From the human T2T-CHM13v2.0 reference genome, Homo sapiens, in NCBI RefSeq assembly GCF_009914755.1, contig NC_060939.1: a DNA stretch of 64,000 bases. One strand, 5' to 3'. The position numbers and the translations under genes were made by a program. Positions 12,747 through 26,100 of the stretch are shown piece after piece; the stretch's first letter is position 1, and every line of letters begins with the position of its first letter. Below the pieces are notes generated by a model. That model was not told the DNA's origin. It saw only the letters and a program-made list of their open reading frames with translations, and did not search any database.

Positions 12747-14164
12747 TTGAGTCCATTCAATTCCATTCCTTTCGTTTCCATTCCATTTGATGCCATTCCA
12801 TTCAATTCTGTTCTACTCGACTCCAATACATTCAATTCCATTCCATCCGATTCCATTACATTCTTTTCATTTCTTATCCATTTCAAGCCATTCCACTCCA
12901 TTCCATTCCACTCGTTTCCTTTCCATTCGAGTCCATTCCTCTCCAGTCCATTCCGTTCAATCCATTCCATTCCAGTCCATTCCATTCGAGTCCGTTCCAT
13001 TCCAGTCCATTCCATTCGAGTCAATTCCATCCCATTCGATGTCTTTCCATAACGATCCATTCCATTCTATTCCTTTCGATTCCATTCCATTCTATTTCAT
13101 TCCATTCGATTCCCTTCCATTGGACTCCTTTCCATTCGAGTGCATTCCATTCCGTTCCATTTCTTTCCGTTCTGTACGATTCCTACCGTTCGATTTCATT
13201 TTGTTCCAGTCCATTCCTTTCGCGTCCATTCCATTCCATTTCACTCCATTCGATTCCATTCCACTCGATTCCACTTCGTTCCATTTCATTGCATTCCATT
13301 CTATTCAACTCTATTGCCTTCCATTCCATTCCATTCGATTACATTCCATGCGATTCCATTCGAAATCGAATCAATTACATTGCAATCCATTACTATTGAG
13401 TCCATTTTATTCCAGTCCACTGCATTCTGGTCCATTCCATTTGATTCCATTCCATTCTATTCCATTCCATACAGTTGCATTCCATTGGATTCCAATCTAT
13501 ATCTATAAATTCAATTCGAGACCATTGCTTTTGAGTCCATTCTATATGATTCCATTCCATTCAAGTCCATTACATTTGGTTCAATTCCATTCCATTCCAT
13601 TCCCTTCCATTCCATTCCAGTTGATATCAATCCATTCGATTCCATTCCATTCGAGCACATTCCATTCGAGTCCATTCCATTCGATGCCATTCCATTTGAT
13701 TCTATTCCATTAGTCTCCATTCAATTCCATTAATCTCCATTCCATTCCATTCTACTCCAACTGATTCCATTCCATTCTATTCCTTTCCATTCCATTTCAT
13801 TCCATTCCATTCCATTTCATTCCATTCCATTCCATTCGTGTCCATTCCACTCCAGTCCATTCCATTCGTGTCCATTCCATTCCAGTCCATTCCATTTGTG
13901 TCCACTGCATTCCATTCCACTCCATTCCATATTATTCCATTACACTCCATTCCATTCTATTACTTTCATTTCCATTCAATTCCATTCCATTTGATTCCAT
14001 TCCACTGGGTTTCATTCCATTTGAGTCCACTCCATTCCATTCCATTCCATTCAGTTCCATTCCATTCTGTTCCATTCCATTCCGTTCCATTACATTCCAT
14101 TCCATTCGGTACCATTCCATATTGTTCCATTCGATTCCATTCGAATCCATTCCATTCCAGTCCA

Positions 14165-17100
14165 TTCCATTCGATTCCATTCCATTCATTTCAATTCCAT
14201 TCCATTCCATTCCATTCCATTCCACTTGATTCCTCTCCATTCCCTTCCACTGCATTCCGTTCGATTCCATTCCATTGCATTGCATTCCATTCCATTGGAT
14301 TGCATTCCATTCGATTCCATTCCATTCGAATCAATTACATAGCAATCCATTACATTCGAGTCTATTCTCTTCCGTTCCATTCGATTTCGTTCCAATCCAT
14401 TCGATTCCATTCCATTCGATTCCATTCCATACTATTGCATTCCATTCGATTACATTATATTCGAATAAGTTCCATTCAAGACCATTTCTTTTGAGTCCAT
14501 TCTATTTGAGTCCATTCCCTTTGATTCCATAACATTTGAGTCCATTCAATTCCATTCCTTTCGTTTCCATTCCATTTGATGCCATTCCATTCAATTCTGT
14601 TCTACTCGACTCCAATACATTCAATTCCATTCCATCCGATTCCATTACATTCTTTTCATTTCTTATCCATTTCAAGCCATTCCACTCCATTCCATTCCAC
14701 TCGTTTCCTTTCCATTCGAGTCCATTCCTCTCCAGTCCATTCCGTTCAATCCATTCCATTCCAGTCCATTCCATTCGAGTCCGTTCCATTCCAGTCCATT
14801 CCATTCGAGTCAATTCCATCCCATTCGATGTCTTTCCATAACGATCCATTCCATTCTATTCCTTTCGATTCCATTCCATTCTATTTCATTCCATTCGATT
14901 CCCTTCCATTGGACTCCTTTCCATTCGAGTGCATTCCATTCCGTTCCATTTCTTTCCGTTCTGTACGATTCCTACCGTTCGATTTCATTTTGTTCCAGTC
15001 CATTCCTTTCGCGTCCATTCCATTCCATTTCACTCCATTCGATTCCATTCCACTCGATTCCACTTCGTTCCATTTCATTGCATTCCATTCTATTCAACTC
15101 TATTGCCTTCCATTCCATTCCATTCGATTACATTCCATGCGATTCCATTCGAAATCGAATCAATTACATTGCAATCCATTACTATTGAGTCCATGTTATT
15201 CCAGTCCACTGCATTCTGGTCCATTCCATTTGATTCCATTCCATTCTATTCCATTCCATACAGTTGCATTCCATTGGATTCCTATCTATATCTATAAATT
15301 CAATTCGAGACCATTGCTTTTGAGTCCATTCTATATGATTCCATTCCATTCAAGTCCATTACATTCGGTTCAATTCCATTCCATTCCATTCCCTTCCATT
15401 CCATTCCAGTTGATATCAATCCATTCGATTCCATTCCATTCGAGCACATTCCATTCGAGTCCATTCCATTCGATGCCATTCCATTTGATTCTATTCCATT
15501 AGTCTCCATTCAATTCCATTAATCTCCATTCCATTCCATTCTACTCCAACTGATTCCATTCCATTCTATTCCTTTGCATTCCATTTCATTCCATTCCATT
15601 CCATTTCATTCCATTCCATTCCATTCCATTCCATTCGCTTCCATTCCATTCGTGTCCATTGCATTCCAGTCCATTCCATTTGTGTCCACTGCATTCCATT
15701 CCACTCCATTCCATATTATTCCATTACACTCCATTCCATTCTATTACTTCATTTCCATTGAATTCCATTCCATTTGATTCCATTCCACTCGGTTTCATTC
15801 CATTTGAGTCCACTCCACTCCATTCCATTCCATTCCATTCCATTCAGTTCCATTCCATTCTGTTCCATTCCATTCCGTTCCATTGCATTCCATTCCATTC
15901 GGTACCATTCCATATTGTTCCATTCGATTCCATTCGAATCCATTCCATTCCAGTCCATTCCATTCGATTCCATTCCATTCCTTTCAATTCCATTCCATTC
16001 CATTCCATTCCACTTGATTCCACTCCATTCCCTTCCACTGCATTCCATTGCATTGCATTCCATTCCATTGGACTGCATTCCATTCGATTCCATTCCATTC
16101 GAATCAATTACATAGCAATCCATTACATTCGAGTCTATTCTCTTCCGTTCCATTCGATTTCGTTCCAATCCATTCGATTCCATTCCATTCGATTCCATTC
16201 CATACTATTGCATTCCATTCGATTACATTATATTCGAATAAGTTCCATTCAAGACCATTTCTTTTGAGTCCATTCTATTTGAGTCCATTCCCTTTGATTC
16301 CATAACATTTGAGTCCATTCAATTCCATTCCTTTCGTTTCCATTCCATTTGATGCCATTCCATTCAATTCTGTTCTACTCGACTCCAATACATTCAATTC
16401 CATTCCATCCGATTCCATTACATTCTTTTCATTTCTTATCCATTTCAAGCCATTCCACTCCATTCCATTCCACTCGTTTCCTTTCCATTCGAGTCCATTC
16501 CTCTCCAGTCCATTCCGTTCAATCCATTCCATTCCAGTCCATTCCATTCGAGTCCGTTCCATTCCAATCCATTCCATTCGAGTCAATTCCATTCCATTCG
16601 ATGTCTTTCCATAACGATCCATTCCATTCTATTCCTTTCGATTCCATTCCATTCTATTTCATTCCATTCGATTCCCTTCCATTGGACTCCTTTCCATTCG
16701 AGTGCATTCCATTCCGTTCCATTTCTTTCCGTTCTGTACGATTCCTACCGTTCGATTTCATTTTCTTCCAGTCCATTCTTTCGCGTCCATTCCATTCCAT
16801 TTCACTCCATTCGATTCCATTCCACTCGATTCCACTTCGTTCCATTTCATTGCATTCCATTCTATTCAACTCTATTGCCTTCCATTCCATTCCATTCGAT
16901 TACATTCCATGCGATTCCATTCGAAATCGAATCAATTACATTGCAATCCATTACAATTGAGTCAGTTTTATTCCAGTCCACTGCATTCTGGTCCATTCCA
17001 TTTGATTCCATTCCATTCTATTCCATTCCATACAGTTGCATTCCATTGGATTCCATGCTATATCTATAAATTCAATTCGAGACCATTGCTTTTGAGTCCA

Positions 17101-20100
17101 TTCTATATGATTCCATTCCATTCAAGTCCATTACATTTGGTTAAATTCCATTCCATTCGGTTCAATTCCATTCCACTCCATTCCCTTCCATTCCATTCCA
17201 GTTGATATCAATCCATTCGATTCCATTCCATTCGAGCACATTCCATTCGAGTCCATTCCATTCGATGCCATTCCATTTGATTCTATTCCATTAGTCTCCA
17301 TTCAATTCCATTAATCTCCATTCCATTCCATTCTACTCCAACTGATTGCATTCCATTCTATTCCTTTTTATTCAATTTCATTCCATTCCATTCCATTCCA
17401 TTCCATTCGTGTCCATTCCACTCCAGTCCATTCCATTCGTATCCATTCCATTCCAGTCCATTCCATTTGTGTCCACTGCATTCCATTCCACTCCATTCCA
17501 TATTATTCCATTACACTCCATTCCATTCTATTACTTTCATTTCCATTCAATTCCATTCCATTTGATTCCATTCCACTCGGTTTCATTCCATTTGAGTCCA
17601 CTCCATTCCATTCCATTCAGTTCCATTCCATTCTGTTCCATTCCATTCCGTTCCATTACATTCCATTCCATTCGGTACCATTCCATATTGTTCCATTCGA
17701 TTCCATTCGAATCCATTCCATTCCAGTCCATTCCATTCGATTCCATTCCATTCATTTCAATTCCATTCCATTCCATTCCATTACATTCCACTTGATTCCT
17801 CTCCATTCCCTTCCACTGCATTCCGTTCGATTCCATTCCATTGCATTGCATTCCATTCCATTGGATTGCATTCCATTCGATTCCATTCCATTCGAATCAA
17901 TTACATAGCAATCCATTACATTCGAGTCTATTCTCTTCCGTTCCATTCGATTTCGTTCCAATCCATTCGATTCCATTCCATTCGATTCCATTCCATACTA
18001 TTGCATTCCATTCGATTACATTATATTCGAATAAGTTCCATTCAAGACCATTTCTTTTGAGTCCATTCTATTTGAGTCCATTCCCTTTGATTCCATAACA
18101 TTTGAGCCCATTCAATTCCATTCCTTTCGTTTCCATTCCATTTGATGCCATTCCATTCAATTCTGTTCTACTCGACTCCAATACATTCAATTCCATTCCA
18201 TCCGATTCCATTACATTCTTTTCATTTCTTATCCATTTCAAGCCATTCCACTCCATTCCATTCCACTCGTTTCCTTTCCATTCGAGTCCATTCCTCTCCA
18301 GTCCATTCCGTTCAATCCATTCCATTCCAGTCCATTCCACTCGAGTCCGTTCCATTCCAGTCCATTCCATTCGAGTCAATTCCATTCCATTCGATGTCTT
18401 TCCATAACGATCCATTCCATTCTGTTCCTTTCGATTCCATTCCATTCTATTTCATTCCATTCGATTCCCTTCCATTGGACTCCTTTCCATTCGAGTGCAT
18501 TCCATTCCGTTCCATTTCGTTCCGTTCTGTACGATTCCTACGGTTCGATTTCATTTTGTTCCAGTCCATTCCTTTCGCGTCCATTCCATTCCATTTCACT
18601 CCATTCGATTCCATTCCACTCGATTCCACTTCGTTCCATTTCATTGCATTCCATTCTATTCAACTCTATTGCCTTCCATTCCATTCCATTCGATTACATT
18701 CCATGCGATTCCATTCGAAATCGAATCAATTACATTGCAAACCATTACTATTGAGTCCGTTTTATTCCAGTCCACTGCATTCTGGTCCATTCCATTTGAT
18801 TCCATTCCATTCTATTCCATTCCATACAGTTGCATTCCATTGGATTCCATGCTATATCTATAAATTCAATTCGAGACCATTGCTTTTGAGTCCATTCTAT
18901 ATGATTCCATTCCATTCAAGTCCATTACATTTGGTTAAATTCCATTCCATTCGGTTCAATTCCATTCCATTCCATTCCCTTCCATTCCATTCCAGTTGAT
19001 ATCAATCCATTCGATTCCATTCCATTCGATCACATTCCATTCGAGTCCATTCCATTCGATGCCATTCCATTTGATTCTATTCCATTAGTCTCCATTCAAT
19101 TCCATTAATCTCCATTCCATTCCATTCTACTCCAACTGATTCCATTCCATTCTATTCCTTTTTATTCCATTTCATTCCATTCCATTCCATTCCATTCCAT
19201 TCCATTCGTGTCCATTCCACTCCAGTCCATTCCATTCGTATCCATTCCATTCCAGTCCATTCCATTTGTGTCCACTGCATTCCATTCCACTCCATTCCAT
19301 ATTATTCCATTACACTCCATTCCATTCTATTACTTTCATTTCCATTCAATTCCATTCCATTTGATTCCATTCCACTCGGTTTCATTCCATTTGAGTCCAC
19401 TCCATTCCATTCCATTCCATTCAGTTCCATTCCATTCTGTTCCATTCCATTCCGTTCCATTACATTGCATTCCATTCGGTACCATTCCATATTGTTCCAT
19501 TCGATTCCATTCGAATCCATTCCATTCCAGTCCATTCCATTCGATTCCATTCCATTCATTTCAATTCCATTCCATTCCATTCCATTACATTCCACTTGAT
19601 TCCTCTCCATTCCCTTCCACTGCATTCCGTTCGATTCCATTCCATTGCATTGCATTCCATTCCATTGGATTGCATTCCATTCGATTCCATTCCATTCGAA
19701 TCAATTACATAGCAATCCATTACATTCGAGTCTATTCTCTTCCGTTCCATTCGATTTCGTTCCAATCCATTCGATTCCATTCCATTCGATTCCATTCCAT
19801 ACTATTGCATTCCATTCGATTACATTATATTCGAATAAGTTCCATTCAAGACCATTTCTTTTGAGTCCATTCTATTTGAGTCCATTCCCTTTGATTCCAT
19901 AACATTTGAGTCCATTCAATTCCATTCCTTTCGTTTCCATTCCATTTGATGCCATTCCATTCAATTCTGTTCTACTCGACTCCAATACATTCAATTCCAT
20001 TCCATCCGATTCCATTACATTCTTTTCATTTCTTATCCATTTCAAGCCATTCCACTCCATTCCATTCCACTCGTTTCCTTTCCATTCGAGTCCATTCCTC

Positions 20101-23100
20101 TCCAGTCCATTCCGTTCAATCCATTCCATTCCAGTCCATTCCATTCGAGTCCGTTCCATTCCAGTCCATTCCATTCGAGTCAATTCCATTCCATTCGATG
20201 TCTTTCCATAACGATCCATTCCATTCTATTCCTTTCGATTCCATTCCATTCTATTTCATTCCATTCGATTCCCTTCCATTGGACTCCTTTCCATTCGAGA
20301 GCATTCCATTCCGTTCCATTTCTTTCCGTTCTGTACGATTCCTACCGTTCGATTTCATTTTGTTCCAGTCCATTCCTTTCGCGTCCATTCCATTCCATTT
20401 CACTCCATTCGATTCCATTCCACTCGATTCCACTTCGTTCCATTTCATTGCATTCCATTCTATTCAACTCTATTGCCTTCCATTCCATTCCATTCGATTA
20501 CATTCTATGCGATTCCATTCGAAATCGAATCAATTACATTGCAAACCATTACTATTGAGTCCGTTTTATTCCAGTCCACTGCATTCTGGTCCATTCCATT
20601 TGATTCCATTCCATTCTATTCCATTCCATACAGTTGCATTCCATTGGATTCCATGCTATATCTATAAATTCAATTCGAGACCATTGCTTTTGAGTCCATT
20701 CTATATGATTCCATTCCATTCAAGTCCATTACATTTGGTTCAATTCCATTCCATTCCATTCCGTTTCATTCCATTCCATTTGATATCAATCCATTCGATT
20801 CCATTCCATTCGAGCACATTCCATTCGAGTCCATTCCATTCGATGCCATTCCATTTGATTCTATTCCATTAGTCTCCATTCAATTCCATTAATCTCCATT
20901 CCATTCCATTCTACTCCAACTGATTCCATTCCATTCTATTCCTTTCCATTCCATTTCATTCCATTCCATTCCATTCCATTCCATTCCATTCCATTCGTGT
21001 CCATTCCACTCCAGTCCATTCCATTCGTGTCCATTCCATTCCAGTCCATTCCATTTGTGTCCACTGCATTCCATTCCACTACATTCCATATTATTCCATT
21101 ACACTCCATTCCATTCTATTACTTTCATTTCCATTCAATTCCATTCCATTTGATTCCATTCCACTCGGTTTCATTCCATTTGAGTCCAGTCCATTCCATT
21201 CCATTCCATTCCATTCAGTTCCATTCCATTCCGTTCCATTACATTCCATTCCATTCGGTACCATTCCATATTGTTCCATTCGATTCCATTCGAATCCATT
21301 CCATTGCAGTCCATTCCATTCGATTCCATTCCATTCATTTCAATTCCATTCCATTCCATTCCATTCCATTCCACTTGATTCCTCTCCATTCCCTTCCACT
21401 GCATTCCGTTCGATTCCATTCCATTGCATTGCATTCCATTCCATTGGATTGCATTCCATTCGATTCCATTCCATTCGAATCAATTACATAGCAATCCATT
21501 ACATTCGAGTCTATTCTCTTCCGTTCCATTCGATTTCGTTCCAATCCATTCGATTCCATTCCATTCGATTCCATTCCATACTATTGCATTCCATTCGATT
21601 ACATTATATTCGAATAAGTTCCATTCAAGACCATTTCTTTTGAGTCCATTCTATTTGAGTCCATTCCCTTTGATTCCATAACATTTGAGTCCATTCAATT
21701 CCATTCCTTTCGTTTCCATTCCATTTGATGCCATTCCATTCAATTCTGTTCTACTCGACTCCAATACATTCAATTCCATTCCATCCGATTCCATTACATT
21801 CTTTTCATTTCTTATCCATTTCAAGCCATTCCACTCCATTCCATTCCACTCGTTTCCTTTCCATTCGAGTCCATTCCTCTCCAGTCCATTCCGTTCAATC
21901 CATTCCATTCCAGTCCATTCCATTCGAGTCCGTTCCATTCCAGTCCATTCCATTCGAGTCAATTCCATCCCATTCGATGTCTTTCCATAACGATCCATTC
22001 CATTCTATTCCTTTCGATTCCATTCCATTCTATTTCATTCCATTCGATTCCCTTCCATTGGACTCCTTTCCATTCGAGTGCATTCCATTCCGTTCCATTT
22101 CTTTCCGTTCTGTACGATTCCTACCGTTCGATTTCATTTTGTTCCAGTCCATTCCTTTCGCGTCCATTCCATTCCATTTCACTCCATTCGATTCCATTCC
22201 ACTCGATTCCACTTCGTTCCATTTCATTGCATTCCATTCTATTCAACTCTATTGCCTTCCATTCCATTCCATTCGATTACATTCCATGCGATTCCATTCG
22301 AAATCGAATCAATTACATTGCAATCCATTACTATTGAGTCCATGTTATTCCAGTCCACTGCATTCTGGTCCATTCCATTTGATTCCATTCCATTCTATTC
22401 CATTCCATACAGTTGCATTCCATTGGATTCCTATCTATATCTATAAATTCAATTCGAGACCATTGCTTTTGAGTCCATTCTATATGATTCCATTCCATTC
22501 AAGTCCATTACATTCGGTTCAATTCCATTCCATTCCATTCCCTTCCATTCCATTCCAGTTGATATCAATCCATTCGATTCCATTCCATTCGAGCACATTC
22601 CATTCGAGTCCATTCCATTCGATGCCATTCCATTTGATTCTATTCCATTAGTCTCCATTCAATTCCATTAATCTCCATTCCATTCCATTCTACTCCAACT
22701 GATTCCATTCCATTCTATTCCTTTGCATTCCATTTCATTCCATTCCATTCCATTTCATTCCATTCCATTCCATTCCATTCCATTCGCTTCCATTCCATTC
22801 GTGTCCATTGCATTCCAGTCCATTCCATTTGTGTCCACTGCATTCCATTCCACTCCATTCCATATTATTCCATTACACTCCATTCCATTCTATTACTTCA
22901 TTTCCATTGAATTCCATTCCATTTGATTCCATTCCACTCGGTTTCATTCCATTTGAGTCCACTCCACTCCATTCCATTCCATTCCATTCCATTCAGTTCC
23001 ATTCCATTCTGTTCCATTCCATTCCGTTCCATTGCATTCCATTCCATTCGGTACCATTCCATATTGTTCCATTCGATTCCATTCGAATCCATTCCATTCC

Positions 23101-26100
23101 AGTCCATTCCATTCGATTCCATTCCATTCCTTTCAATTCCATTCCATTCCATTCCATTCCACTTGATTCCACTCCATTCCCTTCCACTGCATTCCATTGC
23201 ATTGCATTCCATTCCATTGGACTGCATTCCATTCGATTCCATTCCATTCGAATCAATTACATAGCAATCCATTACATTCGAGTCTATTCTCTTCCGTTCC
23301 ATTCGATTTCGTTCCAATCCATTCGATTCCATTCCATTCGATTCCATTCCATACTATTGCATTCCATTCGATTACATTATATTCGAATAAGTTCCATTCA
23401 AGACCATTTCTTTTGAGTCCATTCTATTTGAGTCCATTCCCTTTGATTCCATAACATTTGAGTCCATTCAATTCCATTCCTTTCGTTTCCATTCCATTTG
23501 ATGCCATTCCATTCAATTCTGTTCTACTCGACTCCAATACATTCAATTCCATTCCATCCGATTCCATTACATTCTTTTCATTTCTTATCCATTTCAAGCC
23601 ATTCCACTCCATTCCATTCCACTCGTTTCCTTTCCATTCGAGTCCATTCCTCTCCAGTCCATTCCGTTCAATCCATTCCATTCCAGTCCATTCCATTCGA
23701 GTCCGTTCCATTCCAATCCATTCCATTCGAGTCAATTCCATTCCATTCGATGTCTTTCCATAACGATCCATTCCATTCTATTCCTTTCGATTCCATTCCA
23801 TTCTATTTCATTCCATTCGATTCCCTTCCATTGGACTCCTTTCCATTCGAGTGCATTCCATTCCGTTCCATTTCTTTCCGTTCTGTACGATTCCTACCGT
23901 TCGATTTCATTTTCTTCCAGTCCATTCTTTCGCGTCCATTCCATTCCATTTCACTCCATTCGATTCCATTCCACTCGATTCCACTTCGTTCCATTTCATT
24001 GCATTCCATTCTATTCAACTCTATTGCCTTCCATTCCATTCCATTCGATTACATTCCATGCGATTCCATTCGAAATCGAATCAATTACATTGCAATCCAT
24101 TACAATTGAGTCAGTTTTATTCCAGTCCACTGCATTCTGGTCCATTCCATTTGATTCCATTCCATTCTATTCCATTCCATACAGTTGCATTCCATTGGAT
24201 TCCATGCTATATCTATAAATTCAATTCGAGACCATTGCTTTTGAGTCCATTCTATATGATTCCATTCCATTCAAGTCCATTACATTTGGTTAAATTCCAT
24301 TCCATTCGGTTCAATTCCATTCCACTCCATTCCCTTCCATTCCATTCCAGTTGATATCAATCCATTCGATTCCATTCCATTCGAGCACATTCCATTCGAG
24401 TCCATTCCATTCGATGCCATTCCATTTGATTCTATTCCATTAGTCTCCATTCAATTCCATTAATCTCCATTCCATTCCATTCTACTCCAACTGATTGCAT
24501 TCCATTCTATTCCTTTTTATTCAATTTCATTCCATTCCATTCCATTCCATTCCATTCGTGTCCATTCCACTCCAGTCCATTCCATTCGTATCCATTCCAT
24601 TCCAGTCCATTCCATTTGTGTCCACTGCATTCCATTCCACTCCATTCCATATTATTCCATTACACTCCATTCCATTCTATTACTTTCATTTCCATTCAAT
24701 TCCATTCCATTTGATTCCATTCCACTCGGTTTCATTCCATTTGAGTCCACTCCATTCCATTCCATTCAGTTCCATTCCATTCTGTTCCATTCCATTCCGT
24801 TCCATTACATTCCATTCCATTCGGTACCATTCCATATTGTTCCATTCGATTCCATTCGAATCCATTCCATTCCAGTCCATTCCATTCGATTCCATTCCAT
24901 TCATTTCAATTCCATTCCATTCCATTCCATTACATTCCACTTGATTCCTCTCCATTCCCTTCCACTGCATTCCGTTCGATTCCATTCCATTGCATTGCAT
25001 TCCATTCCATTGGATTGCATTCCATTCGATTCCATTCCATTCGAATCAATTACATAGCAATCCATTACATTCGAGTCTATTCTCTTCCGTTCCATTCGAT
25101 TTCGTTCCAATCCATTCGATTCCATTCCATTCGATTCCATTCCATACTATTGCATTCCATTCGATTACATTATATTCGAATAAGTTCCATTCAAGACCAT
25201 TTCTTTTGAGTCCATTCTATTTGAGTCCATTCCCTTTGATTCCATAACATTTGAGCCCATTCAATTCCATTCCTTTCGTTTCCATTCCATTTGATGCCAT
25301 TCCATTCAATTCTGTTCTACTCGACTCCAATACATTCAATTCCATTCCATCCGATTCCATTACATTCTTTTCATTTCTTATCCATTTCAAGCCATTCCAC
25401 TCCATTCCATTCCACTCGTTTCCTTTCCATTCGAGTCCATTCCTCTCCAGTCCATTCCGTTCAATCCATTCCATTCCAGTCCATTCCACTCGAGTCCGTT
25501 CCATTCCAGTCCATTCCATTCGAGTCAATTCCATTCCATTCGATGTCTTTCCATAACGATCCATTCCATTCTGTTCCTTTCGATTCCATTCCATTCTATT
25601 TCATTCCATTCGATTCCCTTCCATTGGACTCCTTTCCATTCGAGTGCATTCCATTCCGTTCCATTTCGTTCCGTTCTGTACGATTCCTACGGTTCGATTT
25701 CATTTTGTTCCAGTCCATTCCTTTCGCGTCCATTCCATTCCATTTCACTCCATTCGATTCCATTCCACTCGATTCCACTTCGTTCCATTTCATTGCATTC
25801 CATTCTATTCAACTCTATTGCCTTCCATTCCATTCCATTCGATTACATTCCATGCGATTCCATTCGAAATCGAATCAATTACATTGCAAACCATTACTAT
25901 TGAGTCCGTTTTATTCCAGTCCACTGCATTCTGGTCCATTCCATTTGATTCCATTCCATTCTATTCCATTCCATACAGTTGCATTCCATTGGATTCCATG
26001 CTATATCTATAAATTCAATTCGAGACCATTGCTTTTGAGTCCATTCTATATGATTCCATTCCATTCAAGTCCATTACATTTGGTTAAATTCCATTCCATT

